A stretch of DNA of 64,000 bases, taken from an uncultured Paludibacter sp. (GTDB lineage Bacteria; Bacteroidota; Bacteroidia; Bacteroidales; Paludibacteraceae). Below, in pieces: positions 11,376-20,346 of the stretch (positions are counted from its first letter, which is position 1; every line of letters begins with the position of its first letter). The translations under genes and the position numbers were made by a program. The DNA lies in assembly GCA_964546015.1 (NCBI GenBank), contig CAZJHO010000003.1:44027-108026 (forward strand). Direction: 5' to 3'. The notes beneath the pieces were generated by a model, which did not search any database, was not told the origin of the DNA, and was given only the letters and a program-made list of their open reading frames with translations.

Positions 11376-12059
11376 ATGAAATATTTTCCATATAACGAAA
11401 AAATAGAGACAGATTTAAAACAAATCCGAAGGCTTATTCTTTTGTCTATGAATGGAATAACTGCCGATAATATGGAAACTGCCGGAATTTTTTACAAACA
11501 AAACTTCGGAGTTCCGTTGCCTCGTATCAAAGAAATTGCTGTAAAATATCCAAAAAATCAAATATTGGCAGAGCATTTATGGCTTTCTAATATCCGAGAA
11601 ATGATGATTATGGCAACCATAATCTTCCCTCCTTCTTTATTCTCTGAAAAATTGTTTAATAAATGGATTGAAGATATAAAAACGGCAGAACTTTGTCGTC
11701 AGTTTTCGTTTAATCTTTTTGCTAAAACAAATTATGCTGAAAAAAAAATCAGTCAATTACTCGACTCAGAATCTGACTGTAATCAAATTATTGCACTGCT
11801 AACAGCATCACGAATAAGCTCAAAAATGTCCAAAGAAAACAAAGAAAAGATAATTGAACATTGCATAAAAAGAGCATCCGCAACTTCTTTTGATGTGTAT
11901 CAAGCTATGGCTGTTTGTTTGCGTTATATGAGCAGATTAAGTTTCAGTGAAGCAGGAAATATTTTATCAAAAATAAGTATTTTTGAAAGTTCAAACTTTA
12001 CATCCGAGAAATATATATATGAAGAAATAAAGCAGGAAATCTCTTATTTGTATGAGTAG
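11376..12059 (+). CDS. DNA alkylation repair-like HEAT-repeat protein (AlkD/PF08713-like), tentative
   Basis: 227-aa all-helical protein. The segment ADNMETAGIFYKQNFGVPLPRIKEIA...AEHLWLSNIREMMIMATIIFP resembles the DNA_alkylation family pattern. Assigned from memory of the family, no search run. Confidence 0.55.
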   Translation: MKYFPYNEKIETDLKQIRRLILLSMNGITADNMETAGIFYKQNFGVPLPRIKEIAVKYPKNQILAEHLWLSNIREMMIMATIIFPPSLFSEKLFNKWIEDIKTAELCRQFSFNLFAKTNYAEKKISQLLDSESDCNQIIALLTASRISSKMSKENKEKIIEHCIKRASATSFDVYQAMAVCLRYMSRLSFSEAGNILSKISIFESSNFTSEKYIYEEIKQEISYLYE

Positions 12060-12540
12060 TTCAACTAAAATACCAGAAATTCAATTGAAAGAAAAGCCCT
12101 ACGAAGCAGTTCGCAAACTTTTTTCTCAATATTTAGAACGAAACGGTCATCGAAAAACAGGTGAACGGTTCGCTATATTAGAATATGTTTATAAACAGAG
12201 ATCCTCCTTCGATATCGATATGCTATACTCTTATATGCAAGAAAACTACCTTGTAAGTCGAACTACATTATACAATACACTCAATTTACTCCTAAAATGT
12301 AATCTCGTTGTAAAATACCAAATAGGCAATATTACAAAATATGAACGAGTATTAAAAGACAGCCAGACCAACCATTATATATTAATTTGCAGTAGCTGTG
12401 GAAACATAAAGCGAATGAGCGACGAACAAATTAAACGAGTTATACAACACAAACCATTGCGTGGATTCGATTTTTCTCATTTTTCTTTATATGTATATGG
12501 ACTTTGTCCCAAATGCGTCAAGAAAAATGGAAAATTGTAA
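12052..12540 (+). CDS. Fur-family transcriptional repressor
   Basis: 162 aa. N-terminal winged-helix (RKTGERFAILEYVYKQ...VSRTTLYNTLNLLLKCNLV) and two CxxC pairs (CSSCG ... CPKC). Overlaps the upstream gene by 8 nt. Confidence 0.7.
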   Translation: MSSSTKIPEIQLKEKPYEAVRKLFSQYLERNGHRKTGERFAILEYVYKQRSSFDIDMLYSYMQENYLVSRTTLYNTLNLLLKCNLVVKYQIGNITKYERVLKDSQTNHYILICSSCGNIKRMSDEQIKRVIQHKPLRGFDFSHFSLYVYGLCPKCVKKNGKL

Positions 12541-12640
12541 TTTATTAATAATTCGATGTTTGTTTTTCGATAATATATTGTACCTTTACAATCCGAAAAT
12601 GATAGACTGATTTATATCGGTCTATTTTCTTGTGTAAAAA

Positions 12641-13906
12641 ATGAAATTAGATGTTTTATTAGGTCTCCAATGGGGAGACGAAGGAAAAGGAAAGGTAGTT
12701 GATGTACTTACGCCAAGGTATGATGTGGTAACACGCTTTCAAGGAGGACCCAATGCCGGACACACTCTCGAATTTGAAGGACAAAAATATGTACTTCGCT
12801 CTATTCCTTCCGGTATTTTTCAAGGCGATAAAATAAATATTATCGGTAATGGTGTGGTGCTGGACCCCGCTTTATTTAAAACCGAAGTAGAAGCACTTGA
12901 AAGTTCTGGACACAATTTGACTAAACGCTTATATATTTCTAAAAAAGCGCATCTTATTCTTCCCACACACCGCTTACTTGATGCTGCTTACGAAGCAGCC
13001 AAAGGAGATGCCAAAATCGGGACAACCGGCAAAGGTATCGGACCTGCTTATACTGATAAAATAAGTCGCAATGGTGTACGCGTAGGTGATATTTTGCACG
13101 GTTTCGATAAAAAATATACTGTAGCCATCAACAAACACAAAGCTATTTTAGCACAATATAACTACAAATACGACCTTACACCTATCGAAAAAGAATGGTT
13201 CGAAGGAATAGAAAAATTGAAACAATTTACTTTTATTGATAGCGAACACGAAATTAACAGGTATTTATCAAACGGCAAACCGATACTTGCTGAAGGTGCT
13301 CAGGGTACTATGTTGGATATTGATTTCGGTTCGTATCCGTTTGTAACCTCATCAAATACTATTTGTGCAGGTGCTTGTACGGGGCTTGGAGTTGCTCCTC
13401 GCAATATCGGCGAAGTTTATGGTATTTTCAAAGCCTATTGTACTCGTGTAGGTGGCGGTCCTTTTCCTACCGAATTATTTGATGAAACAGGCGAAAAATT
13501 ACGCAAATTCGGGTTCGAATTTGGTTCTGTTACCGGTCGTCCTCGTCGCTGCGGATGGATTGATTTAGTTGCTTTACGCTATGCAATTATGATAAATGGC
13601 GTTACCAAACTTATCATGATGAAAAGCGATGTAATGGACACTTTCTCAATGATTAAAGCATGTACGGCTTACAAAATAAACGGTGAAATAATAAAAGATT
13701 TTCCTTACGAAATCAACGAAAATATCGAGCCTGTTTACCAAGAATTGAAAGGTTGGGAAACAGATATGACTAAAATGCAGAGTGAAGCAGAATTTCCTCA
13801 AGCATTCAACAAATATCTTTTATTCTTAGAAAAGGAATTACAAGTGCCTATTTATATCGTATCTGTTGGTCCGGATAGGGCACAAACCATTATTAGAAAC
13901 AATTAA
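12641..13906 (+). CDS. purA: Adenylosuccinate synthetase
   Basis: GLQWGDEGKGKVVD P-loop, GGPNAGHT, TTGKGIGPAY, GTMLDIDFGSYPFVTSS, GSVTGRPRRCGW. Confidence 0.97.
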   Translation: MKLDVLLGLQWGDEGKGKVVDVLTPRYDVVTRFQGGPNAGHTLEFEGQKYVLRSIPSGIFQGDKINIIGNGVVLDPALFKTEVEALESSGHNLTKRLYISKKAHLILPTHRLLDAAYEAAKGDAKIGTTGKGIGPAYTDKISRNGVRVGDILHGFDKKYTVAINKHKAILAQYNYKYDLTPIEKEWFEGIEKLKQFTFIDSEHEINRYLSNGKPILAEGAQGTMLDIDFGSYPFVTSSNTICAGACTGLGVAPRNIGEVYGIFKAYCTRVGGGPFPTELFDETGEKLRKFGFEFGSVTGRPRRCGWIDLVALRYAIMINGVTKLIMMKSDVMDTFSMIKACTAYKINGEIIKDFPYEINENIEPVYQELKGWETDMTKMQSEAEFPQAFNKYLLFLEKELQVPIYIVSVGPDRAQTIIRNN

Positions 13907-13955
13907 AAAGATTCAAAATTTCATTAATTACCAACAAAAACAAATTAAATTTATT

Positions 13956-14657
13956 ATGGAAACAACAATGGCTAATCCATACACTTTGTATTGGATCATT
14001 TTTATTGGATTTGCGTTGGCAAGCTGGTTGGTTTCAGCCAATTTAAAACGAAAATTTAAAGAATACTCTCAAATTCCATTAGGCTTGACCGGTCGTGAAG
14101 TAGCAGAAAAAATGCTTAAAGATAATGGCATTTATGATGTAAAAGTGATTTCAACACCAGGGCATCTTACAGACCACTACAATCCGTTAACCAAAACAGT
14201 AAACCTGAGCGAGTCTGTTTATAATAACAACAATGTAGCAGCAGCAGCCGTTGCAGCACACGAGTGTGGACATGCGGTACAACATGCTCATGCATACGCT
14301 CCGCTTACCATGCGTTCGAAATTAGTTCCTGTTATCAGCTTTTCATCCAACTGGATGCAATGGATTATTTTAATAGGACTACTTATGGTAAATAGTCTGG
14401 GAAACACACTGCTTTTAGTTGGAATTGTTTTATATAGCCTTACTACACTATTTAGCTTTATCACCCTTCCGGTAGAAATTGATGCCAGCCATCGAGCATT
14501 AGCGTGGTTGAGCCGCGCCGGAATTACTAATGTAGAAACAGAGAACAAAGCTACAGGAGCGCTTCGCTCTGCTGCTTACACTTATGTTGTAGCTGCACTG
14601 GGATCTTTGGCAACCTTACTTTACTACATTATGATTTTCTTAGGACGAAGAAATTAA
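13956..14657 (+). CDS. Membrane zinc metallopeptidase (YugP/PF04298-like)
   Basis: N-terminal TM, HECGHAVQH (HExxH) motif, C-terminal TM segments. ATG 13956 chosen because the longer ORF overlaps purA. Confidence 0.8.
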   Translation: METTMANPYTLYWIIFIGFALASWLVSANLKRKFKEYSQIPLGLTGREVAEKMLKDNGIYDVKVISTPGHLTDHYNPLTKTVNLSESVYNNNNVAAAAVAAHECGHAVQHAHAYAPLTMRSKLVPVISFSSNWMQWIILIGLLMVNSLGNTLLLVGIVLYSLTTLFSFITLPVEIDASHRALAWLSRAGITNVETENKATGALRSAAYTYVVAALGSLATLLYYIMIFLGRRN

Positions 14658-14683
14658 AATTCCTTTTTATTTTTATAGCTTTG

Positions 14684-14717
14684 TGGCGACATCTTTTTTG
14701 ATGTCGCCATATTTTTT
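14684..14717 (+). terminator. Rho-independent terminator after the metallopeptidase gene
   Basis: 10-bp stem TGGCGACATC / GATGTCGCCA, TTTTTT loop, followed by TATTTTTT. It lies inside the spurious N-terminal extension of the folP ORF. Confidence 0.8.
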
Positions 14718-14724
14718 GCAGAAA

Positions 14725-15522
14725 ATGAATTACCCCAAAATTTTAGGTATAGTAAATGTAACCACCGATAGTTTTTCGGATGGAGGATTGTATTTAGATT
14801 ACGAAAAAGCACTACAACATACAATGCTATTAATTGAAGCCGGAGCTGATATCATTGATTTAGGTGCAGCCTCAAGTAATCCACAAACAACTCCGGTAAG
14901 CACAAATGAAGAAATAGATCGTTTAACACCCCTTATTTCCATACTTAAAGAAAAAAACATCGAAATATCGGTAGATACATTTAACCCTTCCGTACAAAAA
15001 TTTTGTTTGCAAGAAGGTGTATCTTATATCAACGATATTCAAGGATTCCCTTTTCCTGATATTTATCCCGATTTAGCCTCAAGTAGCTGTAAATTAATTG
15101 TAATGCACTCCATACAACGAATAGGTGCAGCTACCATTGTTGAAACTGATCCTGTAGTAGTTTTTGAGTCTATGCTTTCTTTTTTTTTAGATAGAATAAA
15201 TACATTAGAAAACGCTGGAGTTAGAAAAGAAAGGATTATAATTGATCCGGGTATGGGCTATTTTTTAGGTTCGAATCCGGAAACATCTATTTATGTTTTA
15301 AAGAACATAGATAAATTAAAAAAGACTCTCGGATTACCTGTTTTAATAGGCATTTCACGAAAGTCTTTTTTAGGATCTCTTACAGGAAGAGAGATACAAC
15401 ATAGAGGCGTAGCCACCCTTGCTGCTGAATTATATGCTTGTATTCAAGGGGTGGATTACATACGAACACATGATGTACGAGCCATTAAAGATGCATTGAG
15501 TATCTGGCAAAAGCTGAATTAA
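14725..15522 (+). CDS. folP: Dihydropteroate synthase with Sul1/Sul2-like sequence signatures
   Basis: GIVNVTTDSFSDGG, DLGAASSNPQ, YINDIQGFP, KLIVMHS, IIDPGMGYFLGSNPETS, GISRKSFLG, TLAAEL, DYIRTHD. ATG 14725 chosen downstream of the terminator. Confidence 0.9.
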   Translation: MNYPKILGIVNVTTDSFSDGGLYLDYEKALQHTMLLIEAGADIIDLGAASSNPQTTPVSTNEEIDRLTPLISILKEKNIEISVDTFNPSVQKFCLQEGVSYINDIQGFPFPDIYPDLASSSCKLIVMHSIQRIGAATIVETDPVVVFESMLSFFLDRINTLENAGVRKERIIIDPGMGYFLGSNPETSIYVLKNIDKLKKTLGLPVLIGISRKSFLGSLTGREIQHRGVATLAAELYACIQGVDYIRTHDVRAIKDALSIWQKLN

Positions 15523-17759
15523 AATCTTAGTGTTACACCTCCCAATACATTAAATCCGGCTTGCGGAAAATAACGCAAATCATTCATGCGCTGTCCTTCT
15601 TCATACCAAGAATACCACACATATCCATTCGACGAATACTTGTAGTCGAATAAATTATTTAATGATAAGTTAAAATCAATGGATTTTAATCCTTTTATCT
15701 TCAATGAATAACCAAGATACAAATTGCTTACTGTATAAGCATCCAAGCGTCGATTATCATTAGAAGTATTATCAACATACTGACCACCTACATAATTTGT
15801 TTGCAAACCCGCACTAAAGGATTTATAGGAAAAGGAAAACAAACTACCGGCTGTAATATCAGGCGAATAAGCAATATCGGTTGTTCCTAAATAATTAACA
15901 CGCGTGCCAATCCAATCTCCGGCTGCATCGTATTCATCAACATCGTATTCGGTGAAATTCTTAATTTTATTACTGCTTAGAGTTAAATTTCCGCTCCATG
16001 TAAGCCAATTGGTAATTTTTACTCCTGCTATTAACTCTACACCGGTACGGTAACTATCAGGAATATTCGAAGTAAGGGGCTCTCCTATTTCATTTACTTT
16101 TCCGGTAAGGATCAATTGATCTTTATAATCCATAAAATAATAATTGGCGCTTAAAGAGAGATATTTATTTTTAAATTGATACCCAACTTCATAATCGGTC
16201 AATCGTTCCGAAACCGGTTGTTCATTTTCGGCGGCATCAGTATAATTATTACGCGTAGGTTCACGATTTGCCACTGCTACCGAAGCATAGAACAAATTAT
16301 TTTTATTCAATTCATAATGCAAGCCTCCTTTTGGATTAAAGAATTTGAAAATAGGATGTTCATCAATTACGATCGGCATGCCGTTATCATCATATTTATC
16401 TTTGATTCCATGCATTTTTAAATCAACAAAACGATATTGCATATCTGCAAAAACGGTTAAGCCTTGATAAAGTTCGGCATTAATTTTTGCATACACATTG
16501 GCATCCGTTTTTTTAGAATCATTTTTATACCACTCGTAATTATTATCCACATTCACAGCATTTTGAAACCAAGTAATATACCCGTAATGATCACCCAAAT
16601 ACTGATTGGCAGCCCCACCCAAAGTTGCTGATATTTTTTTAGCCGTATAATTAAAAGAAAATACTCCTCCATAAAAATCGTTATCCATCCATTTCTGACG
16701 AATTAAATCCGTTTTTTTCAATTCTGTAATCGTAAAGCCATCTGTTGAAACATAGAACGGTGGTAAACCGTATTTCTTTAATTTTTCGTCATCTTTATAT
16801 TCTTCGTAATAACCTATTCCTCGAGTATAATGTAGTGCTGCATTCATATTCCAATTTGAATTGAATGTGTGAGTTATGTGTAATTGATAATTTCGCTGAT
16901 CATAATTATCAGTTTGATTATCATAATATTTCTCTATCCCATTTTCCCAATAAGAACCACAAGAATTATAAGTCCTGTTTGTTGCCAAAGAATCGCCGGG
17001 CACTCCGTTCCACGCATGATATGTTTTTTCTACTCCTCCGAAAATGATTGCTTTTATCATTGTCTTCGGTAAATAATATGCTCCGGAAAAATAATAGGAT
17101 TTCATATCTGTGGAAGCTCTATCTATATACCCATCAGAATATATTCCAGACAAACGGGCATCGAAAGCAAACTTATCGTACAATAATCCGGTTCCGGCTT
17201 TAAGCGTATTTTTATTGGTATTGAATGAGCCGTACGAACTACTAATTTCAGCATAAGGTTTGCTGTTCAGTTTTTCTGTTTGCATATTGATACTTGCACC
17301 GAATGCACCCGCACCATTGGTCGAAGTTCCTACCCCACGCTGTATTTGTATATTTTCCAATGACGAGGACAAATCAGGCGTATTCACCCAAAACACTTGT
17401 TGCTCTTCGGCATCGTTCATCGGAATACCGTTTATGGTAATATTTATCCGTCCGGCATCAGTTCCCCTGATACGAAAGCCTGTATATCCGACTCCCGCTC
17501 CGGCATCTGATGTAGCCACAAATGAAGGTGTATTGCTAAGCAAAAAAGGTAAATCTCTCCCTAAATTGATTCCGGCAATATCTTCTTTTGTTACTTTGCT
17601 GTACGCCAAAGGCGATTTACCCGAAGCACGCGTAGATGTTACCACAAGATCATCGAGAACGATGGTTGAATCGGCACTGTTTTTTGAAAGCTGATTGATC
17701 TGCCCAAAAAGTTGTAGGACAAAAAATTGCATTGCTGCAAATAAGAAAATTTTTCTCAT
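15519..17759 (-). CDS. TonB-dependent outer-membrane receptor, probable thiamine/thiamine-precursor transporter
   Basis: Signal peptide, plug domain (DDLVVTSTRASGKSPLAYSKVTKEDIAGIN), 22-strand-size barrel, and C-terminal aromatic residue (GVTLRF). The thiamine assignment rests on the THI element in its leader. Confidence 0.88.
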   Translation of the reverse strand: MRKIFLFAAMQFFVLQLFGQINQLSKNSADSTIVLDDLVVTSTRASGKSPLAYSKVTKEDIAGINLGRDLPFLLSNTPSFVATSDAGAGVGYTGFRIRGTDAGRINITINGIPMNDAEEQQVFWVNTPDLSSSLENIQIQRGVGTSTNGAGAFGASINMQTEKLNSKPYAEISSSYGSFNTNKNTLKAGTGLLYDKFAFDARLSGIYSDGYIDRASTDMKSYYFSGAYYLPKTMIKAIIFGGVEKTYHAWNGVPGDSLATNRTYNSCGSYWENGIEKYYDNQTDNYDQRNYQLHITHTFNSNWNMNAALHYTRGIGYYEEYKDDEKLKKYGLPPFYVSTDGFTITELKKTDLIRQKWMDNDFYGGVFSFNYTAKKISATLGGAANQYLGDHYGYITWFQNAVNVDNNYEWYKNDSKKTDANVYAKINAELYQGLTVFADMQYRFVDLKMHGIKDKYDDNGMPIVIDEHPIFKFFNPKGGLHYELNKNNLFYASVAVANREPTRNNYTDAAENEQPVSERLTDYEVGYQFKNKYLSLSANYYFMDYKDQLILTGKVNEIGEPLTSNIPDSYRTGVELIAGVKITNWLTWSGNLTLSSNKIKNFTEYDVDEYDAAGDWIGTRVNYLGTTDIAYSPDITAGSLFSFSYKSFSAGLQTNYVGGQYVDNTSNDNRRLDAYTVSNLYLGYSLKIKGLKSIDFNLSLNNLFDYKYSSNGYVWYSWYEEGQRMNDLRYFPQAGFNVLGGVTLRF

Positions 17760-17769
17760 GACAATAATT

Positions 17770-17785
17770 AGTTACGAGCTACAAG
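17770..17785 (-). repeat. 16-nt leader word CTTGTAGCTCGTAACT (copy 2, upstream of the TonB receptor)
   Basis: Exact reverse-strand copy of 5877..5892, ending 10 nt before the receptor ATG. Flanked by a duplicated GTAACTAAT. Confidence 0.7.
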
Positions 17786-17863
17786 ATATTAGTTACAAAT
17801 ATCTTTGAAACTCCGTTAATAAATTGCAATGAGGATGATAAAAAAACGACATTTTGTTCTATG

Positions 17864-17937
17864 TTTCAAGTTCAATGTTCAAAAAGACACGACAAATCGA
17901 ATCCAAATCAAACTTTGAACCTTAAACTTTGAACTTT
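17864..17937. repeat. TTCAA/TTGAAC-rich inverted-repeat block in the receptor leader (degenerate family member)
   Basis: Left TTTCAAGTTCAATGTTCAAAAAG, right AACTTTGAACCTTAAACTTTGAAC. Imperfect IR built from the same GTTCAA words as 18094..18164, 42963..43072 and 57205..57393. Confidence 0.5.
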
Positions 17938-17949
17938 TTCTAAAGAGAA

Positions 17950-18040
17950 ATTCTTTTTCCCCTTCCAAAATTACTTGGCGGGTTCAAAGGGTATAATCTC
18001 AGCCCGTTTGTTTAAGGCACCCCATTGGTGAAGTTAACAC
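17950..18040 (-). promoter_or_regulatory. TPP (THI-box) riboswitch aptamer
   Basis: Minus strand reads ...aatGGGGTGCcttaaacaaacgGGCTGAGAttatACCCtttGAACCcgCCAAgtaattTTGGaaGGGGAAaaag. This matches the conserved GGGGUGC / CUGAGA / ACCC..GAACC / hairpin / AGGGA order of RF00059 as I recall it. Lies about 195 nt upstream of the receptor ATG. Confidence 0.75.
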
Positions 18041-18085
18041 ATAAAAAGCAAAAAATTGACTAGTATTTTTTCTGCTTTTCGGAGA

Positions 18086-18093
18086 CAAAAATA
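18086..18093 (-). promoter_or_regulatory. -7 promoter box TAttTTTG upstream of the TPP riboswitch
   Basis: Reverse complement of CAAAAATA is TATTTTTG, about 50 nt upstream of the aptamer. Confidence 0.4.
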
Positions 18094-18164
18094 ATTCAAA
18101 ATTCAATGATTAAAAAATTTAAGCATTAAAATTTTGAAATCTTTAATTTTTTGAACTTTTGAAT
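18094..18164. repeat. Small IR-bounded element of the GTTCAA family
   Basis: ATTCAAAATTCAA (18094..18106) versus the reverse complement of TTGAACTTTTGAAT (18151..18164), which is ATTCAAAAGTTCAA. 13 of 14 match with one indel, with a 44-nt AT-rich interior. Confidence 0.5.
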
Positions 18165-18165
18165 A

Positions 18166-18801
18166 TTATAAATACGGATTAAAATCCTTTTCGTTTCGAA
18201 TAGTTGTAATAGTATCGTGTCCGGGATAGACTACCGTACTATCAGGCAATACAAGCAATTTATTTTTAATTGATTTAATTAATGTAGCATAATCGCCTCC
18301 GGGTAAATCTGTTCGCCCTATGCTTTCTAAAAATAAGGTATCGCCGGAAATCAACACTCCATCTTTTTCATTATAAAAACACAATCCTCCCGGAGAATGC
18401 CCCGGTGTATATATTGCTTGTAACTCAGTATTTCCAAAACGAATAACATCATCATCTTCAATATAACCGCCTAAATTTTGAGGAATAACATTGAAATTCA
18501 AACCAAAGCGTCTGACCGTATCTACCATAGATGGGATTAAAAATTCATCTGCCCGATGTGCTTTAGGCAAAATTCCATATTTCTTGGCTAAAAAAGTATT
18601 TCCAAAAGCATGATCGAAATGTAAATGCGTATTTAACACATGCTTTAGTGTTAAATTATTTTCTTCTATAAAATGAACCAAGGCATTTTCTTCATCTGGG
18701 AACAAACAACCTGCATCAATGATAACACATTCGCGGGTTTCATCCCAAAGTATATATGTATTTTCTTGAATAGGATTAAAAGTAAATATTTTTATTCTCA
18801 T
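18166..18801 (-). CDS. MBL-fold metallo-hydrolase (glyoxalase II-like)
   Basis: HLHFDHAFGN (HxHxDH) motif, TPGHSPGG, GDTLF. Confidence 0.85.
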   Translation of the reverse strand: MRIKIFTFNPIQENTYILWDETRECVIIDAGCLFPDEENALVHFIEENNLTLKHVLNTHLHFDHAFGNTFLAKKYGILPKAHRADEFLIPSMVDTVRRFGLNFNVIPQNLGGYIEDDDVIRFGNTELQAIYTPGHSPGGLCFYNEKDGVLISGDTLFLESIGRTDLPGGDYATLIKSIKNKLLVLPDSTVVYPGHDTITTIRNEKDFNPYL

Positions 18802-18813
18802 TTTGTTTCACTT

Positions 18814-19434
18814 TTACATGGGCAAATAAACTGCTTTTTTTGTTTTAAAGAATTCTTCATCAAACCAATCACTTAAATCATAAAGGACCGCTTTATTTTT
18901 ATAAGGAAGAATTTCATGTTGTAGCTCTCCTCCTTTCAAACAAATAATGCCATTAGGAAGAGCATTTTTTTGTTCGGATTTGATATTTTTTTTCGATAAG
19001 CGTTCTAAATCCGAAAGCGGCATTACCGCACGACTTACTATAAAATCAAATTTTCTTTTTTCGTCTTCAATACGCGAATGGTTGAAAGATATATTAGTTA
19101 ATCCGATAGCATTAGAAATTTCGGTGCAAACTTTAATCTTTTTCCCAATAGAATCGAGTAAAAAAAAATCTACTTCGGGGAAATAAATTGCCAACGGAAT
19201 ACCCGGGAATCCTCCACCGCAGCCTACATCAATTATGGATGTTCCGGATTTAAAATTAAGTACTTTAGCAATAGCAAGCGAATGTAATACATGACGCTCG
19301 TAAAGGTTTTCTATATCCTTGCGCGAAATTACATTGATTTTACTGTTCCAATCCATGTATAAATCAAAAAGAGCAGCGAACTGCTCCTTTTGTTTATATG
19401 TAATAGCCGGAAAATATTTTAAAACAATATCCAT
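18814..19434 (-). CDS. rsmG: 16S rRNA (guanine527-N7)-methyltransferase RsmG
   Basis: GidB-type layout: NLYERHVLHSL, SAM motif IIDVGCGGGFPGIPLAI, 206 aa. Confidence 0.9.
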   Translation of the reverse strand: MDIVLKYFPAITYKQKEQFAALFDLYMDWNSKINVISRKDIENLYERHVLHSLAIAKVLNFKSGTSIIDVGCGGGFPGIPLAIYFPEVDFFLLDSIGKKIKVCTEISNAIGLTNISFNHSRIEDEKRKFDFIVSRAVMPLSDLERLSKKNIKSEQKNALPNGIICLKGGELQHEILPYKNKAVLYDLSDWFDEEFFKTKKAVYLPM

Positions 19435-19435
19435 A

Positions 19436-20242
19436 TTAGTTATTTTTTTTAGGGAAAAAGACTGAAATCAAGCTTTCTTTTTTCAAAAATGGTTCCAACT
19501 GAGCGAATAACAATGTCACTTCGGTTCGACCTAAAGCATAAGCTGCTATTTCGTATGGATTATACATAAATGTAATACCTTCTTCAGTCACACTAAAATT
19601 ATTATTCGGAACTATATTTTCGTAAAAGAAATAACCTTTATTAATCATATCTTCCTCATTTTCAAAACCATTATCCGAAATAATTTTTTTCACAATCATT
19701 TCGGTTATCGCAGATTCAAATCCATCAACAAAAATATCTTTCTGTGTAACTCTGTTTCCGGTTGTCAAATCGAATACCAAATAATAAATCAACTCCTCCA
19801 AATGAGTGTTTTTTTCTAATCGTTTATCCAATTCGTAAGACAGAATATGCTGATCATTATATAGGATAATAGTATTTATCTGATTGGATTCCTCATAAAC
19901 TTTTTTGGGGTATAATGCCGGCGCTTTTTTTAATAAAGCAGCTTTTACCGATTCGGAGTACTTTTTTACCGCCTCTAAAGCAGTTAAGGACACATAAGAT
20001 GAATCAAAAACCCTACTCAAGATTTCCTGTTGAATATTAGACAAAACTTTTTTATCATGAAATTTTACAGGAAATAATAACTGAATATCGACCAAACAAT
20101 GCCCGTTTACAATGCTGTCTGACGATAAAGCTGTATAAAAATTTCGTTGTGAATCTATTTTCTCAAATTCAAGAGCTGTCTCTTTTTTACACGAAACCAG
20201 TAACGCCATCACAGCCAACGAGCTGATTAATAATCTTTTCAT
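19436..20242 (-). CDS. Lipoprotein, DUF3298/DUF4163-like (tentative)
   Basis: Lipobox LLVSC. The C-terminal segment FSVTEEGITFMYNPYEIAAYALGRTEVTLLF resembles the DUF3298 signature. Confidence 0.55.
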   Translation of the reverse strand: MKRLLISSLAVMALLVSCKKETALEFEKIDSQRNFYTALSSDSIVNGHCLVDIQLLFPVKFHDKKVLSNIQQEILSRVFDSSYVSLTALEAVKKYSESVKAALLKKAPALYPKKVYEESNQINTIILYNDQHILSYELDKRLEKNTHLEELIYYLVFDLTTGNRVTQKDIFVDGFESAITEMIVKKIISDNGFENEEDMINKGYFFYENIVPNNNFSVTEEGITFMYNPYEIAAYALGRTEVTLLFAQLEPFLKKESLISVFFPKKNN

Positions 20243-20275
20243 TATGTGATAAAAACCTTAATATAATTTTGAATG

Positions 20276-20283
20276 CAAAGGTA
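20276..20283 (-). promoter_or_regulatory. -7 promoter box TAccTTTG upstream of the DUF3298-rsmG-MBL gene string
   Basis: Reverse complement of CAAAGGTA, 34 nt upstream of the ATG at 20242. Confidence 0.45.
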
Positions 20284-20346
20284 GGCTTTATTTTCTAATT
20301 GAGATGAAAAAATCAACCATTTTTAATTTTTGAAAAAATAATGTTA

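Noticed and set aside
12601-12630. Weak hairpin ATAGAC-12 nt-GTCTAT before purA, considered as a possible purine-responsive attenuator or riboswitch.
   Set aside because: The stem is only 6 bp with no purine-riboswitch conserved core. It is more likely a weak terminator of the upstream Fur-like operon, or nothing.
14725-15522. The Sul-like folP considered as a recently acquired mobile sul gene.
   Set aside because: There is no integron, ISCR, transposase or plasmid context. Base composition looks like the surrounding genome by eye, and the protein diverges substantially from Sul1/Sul2 outside the shared motifs. It is treated as native (see findings).
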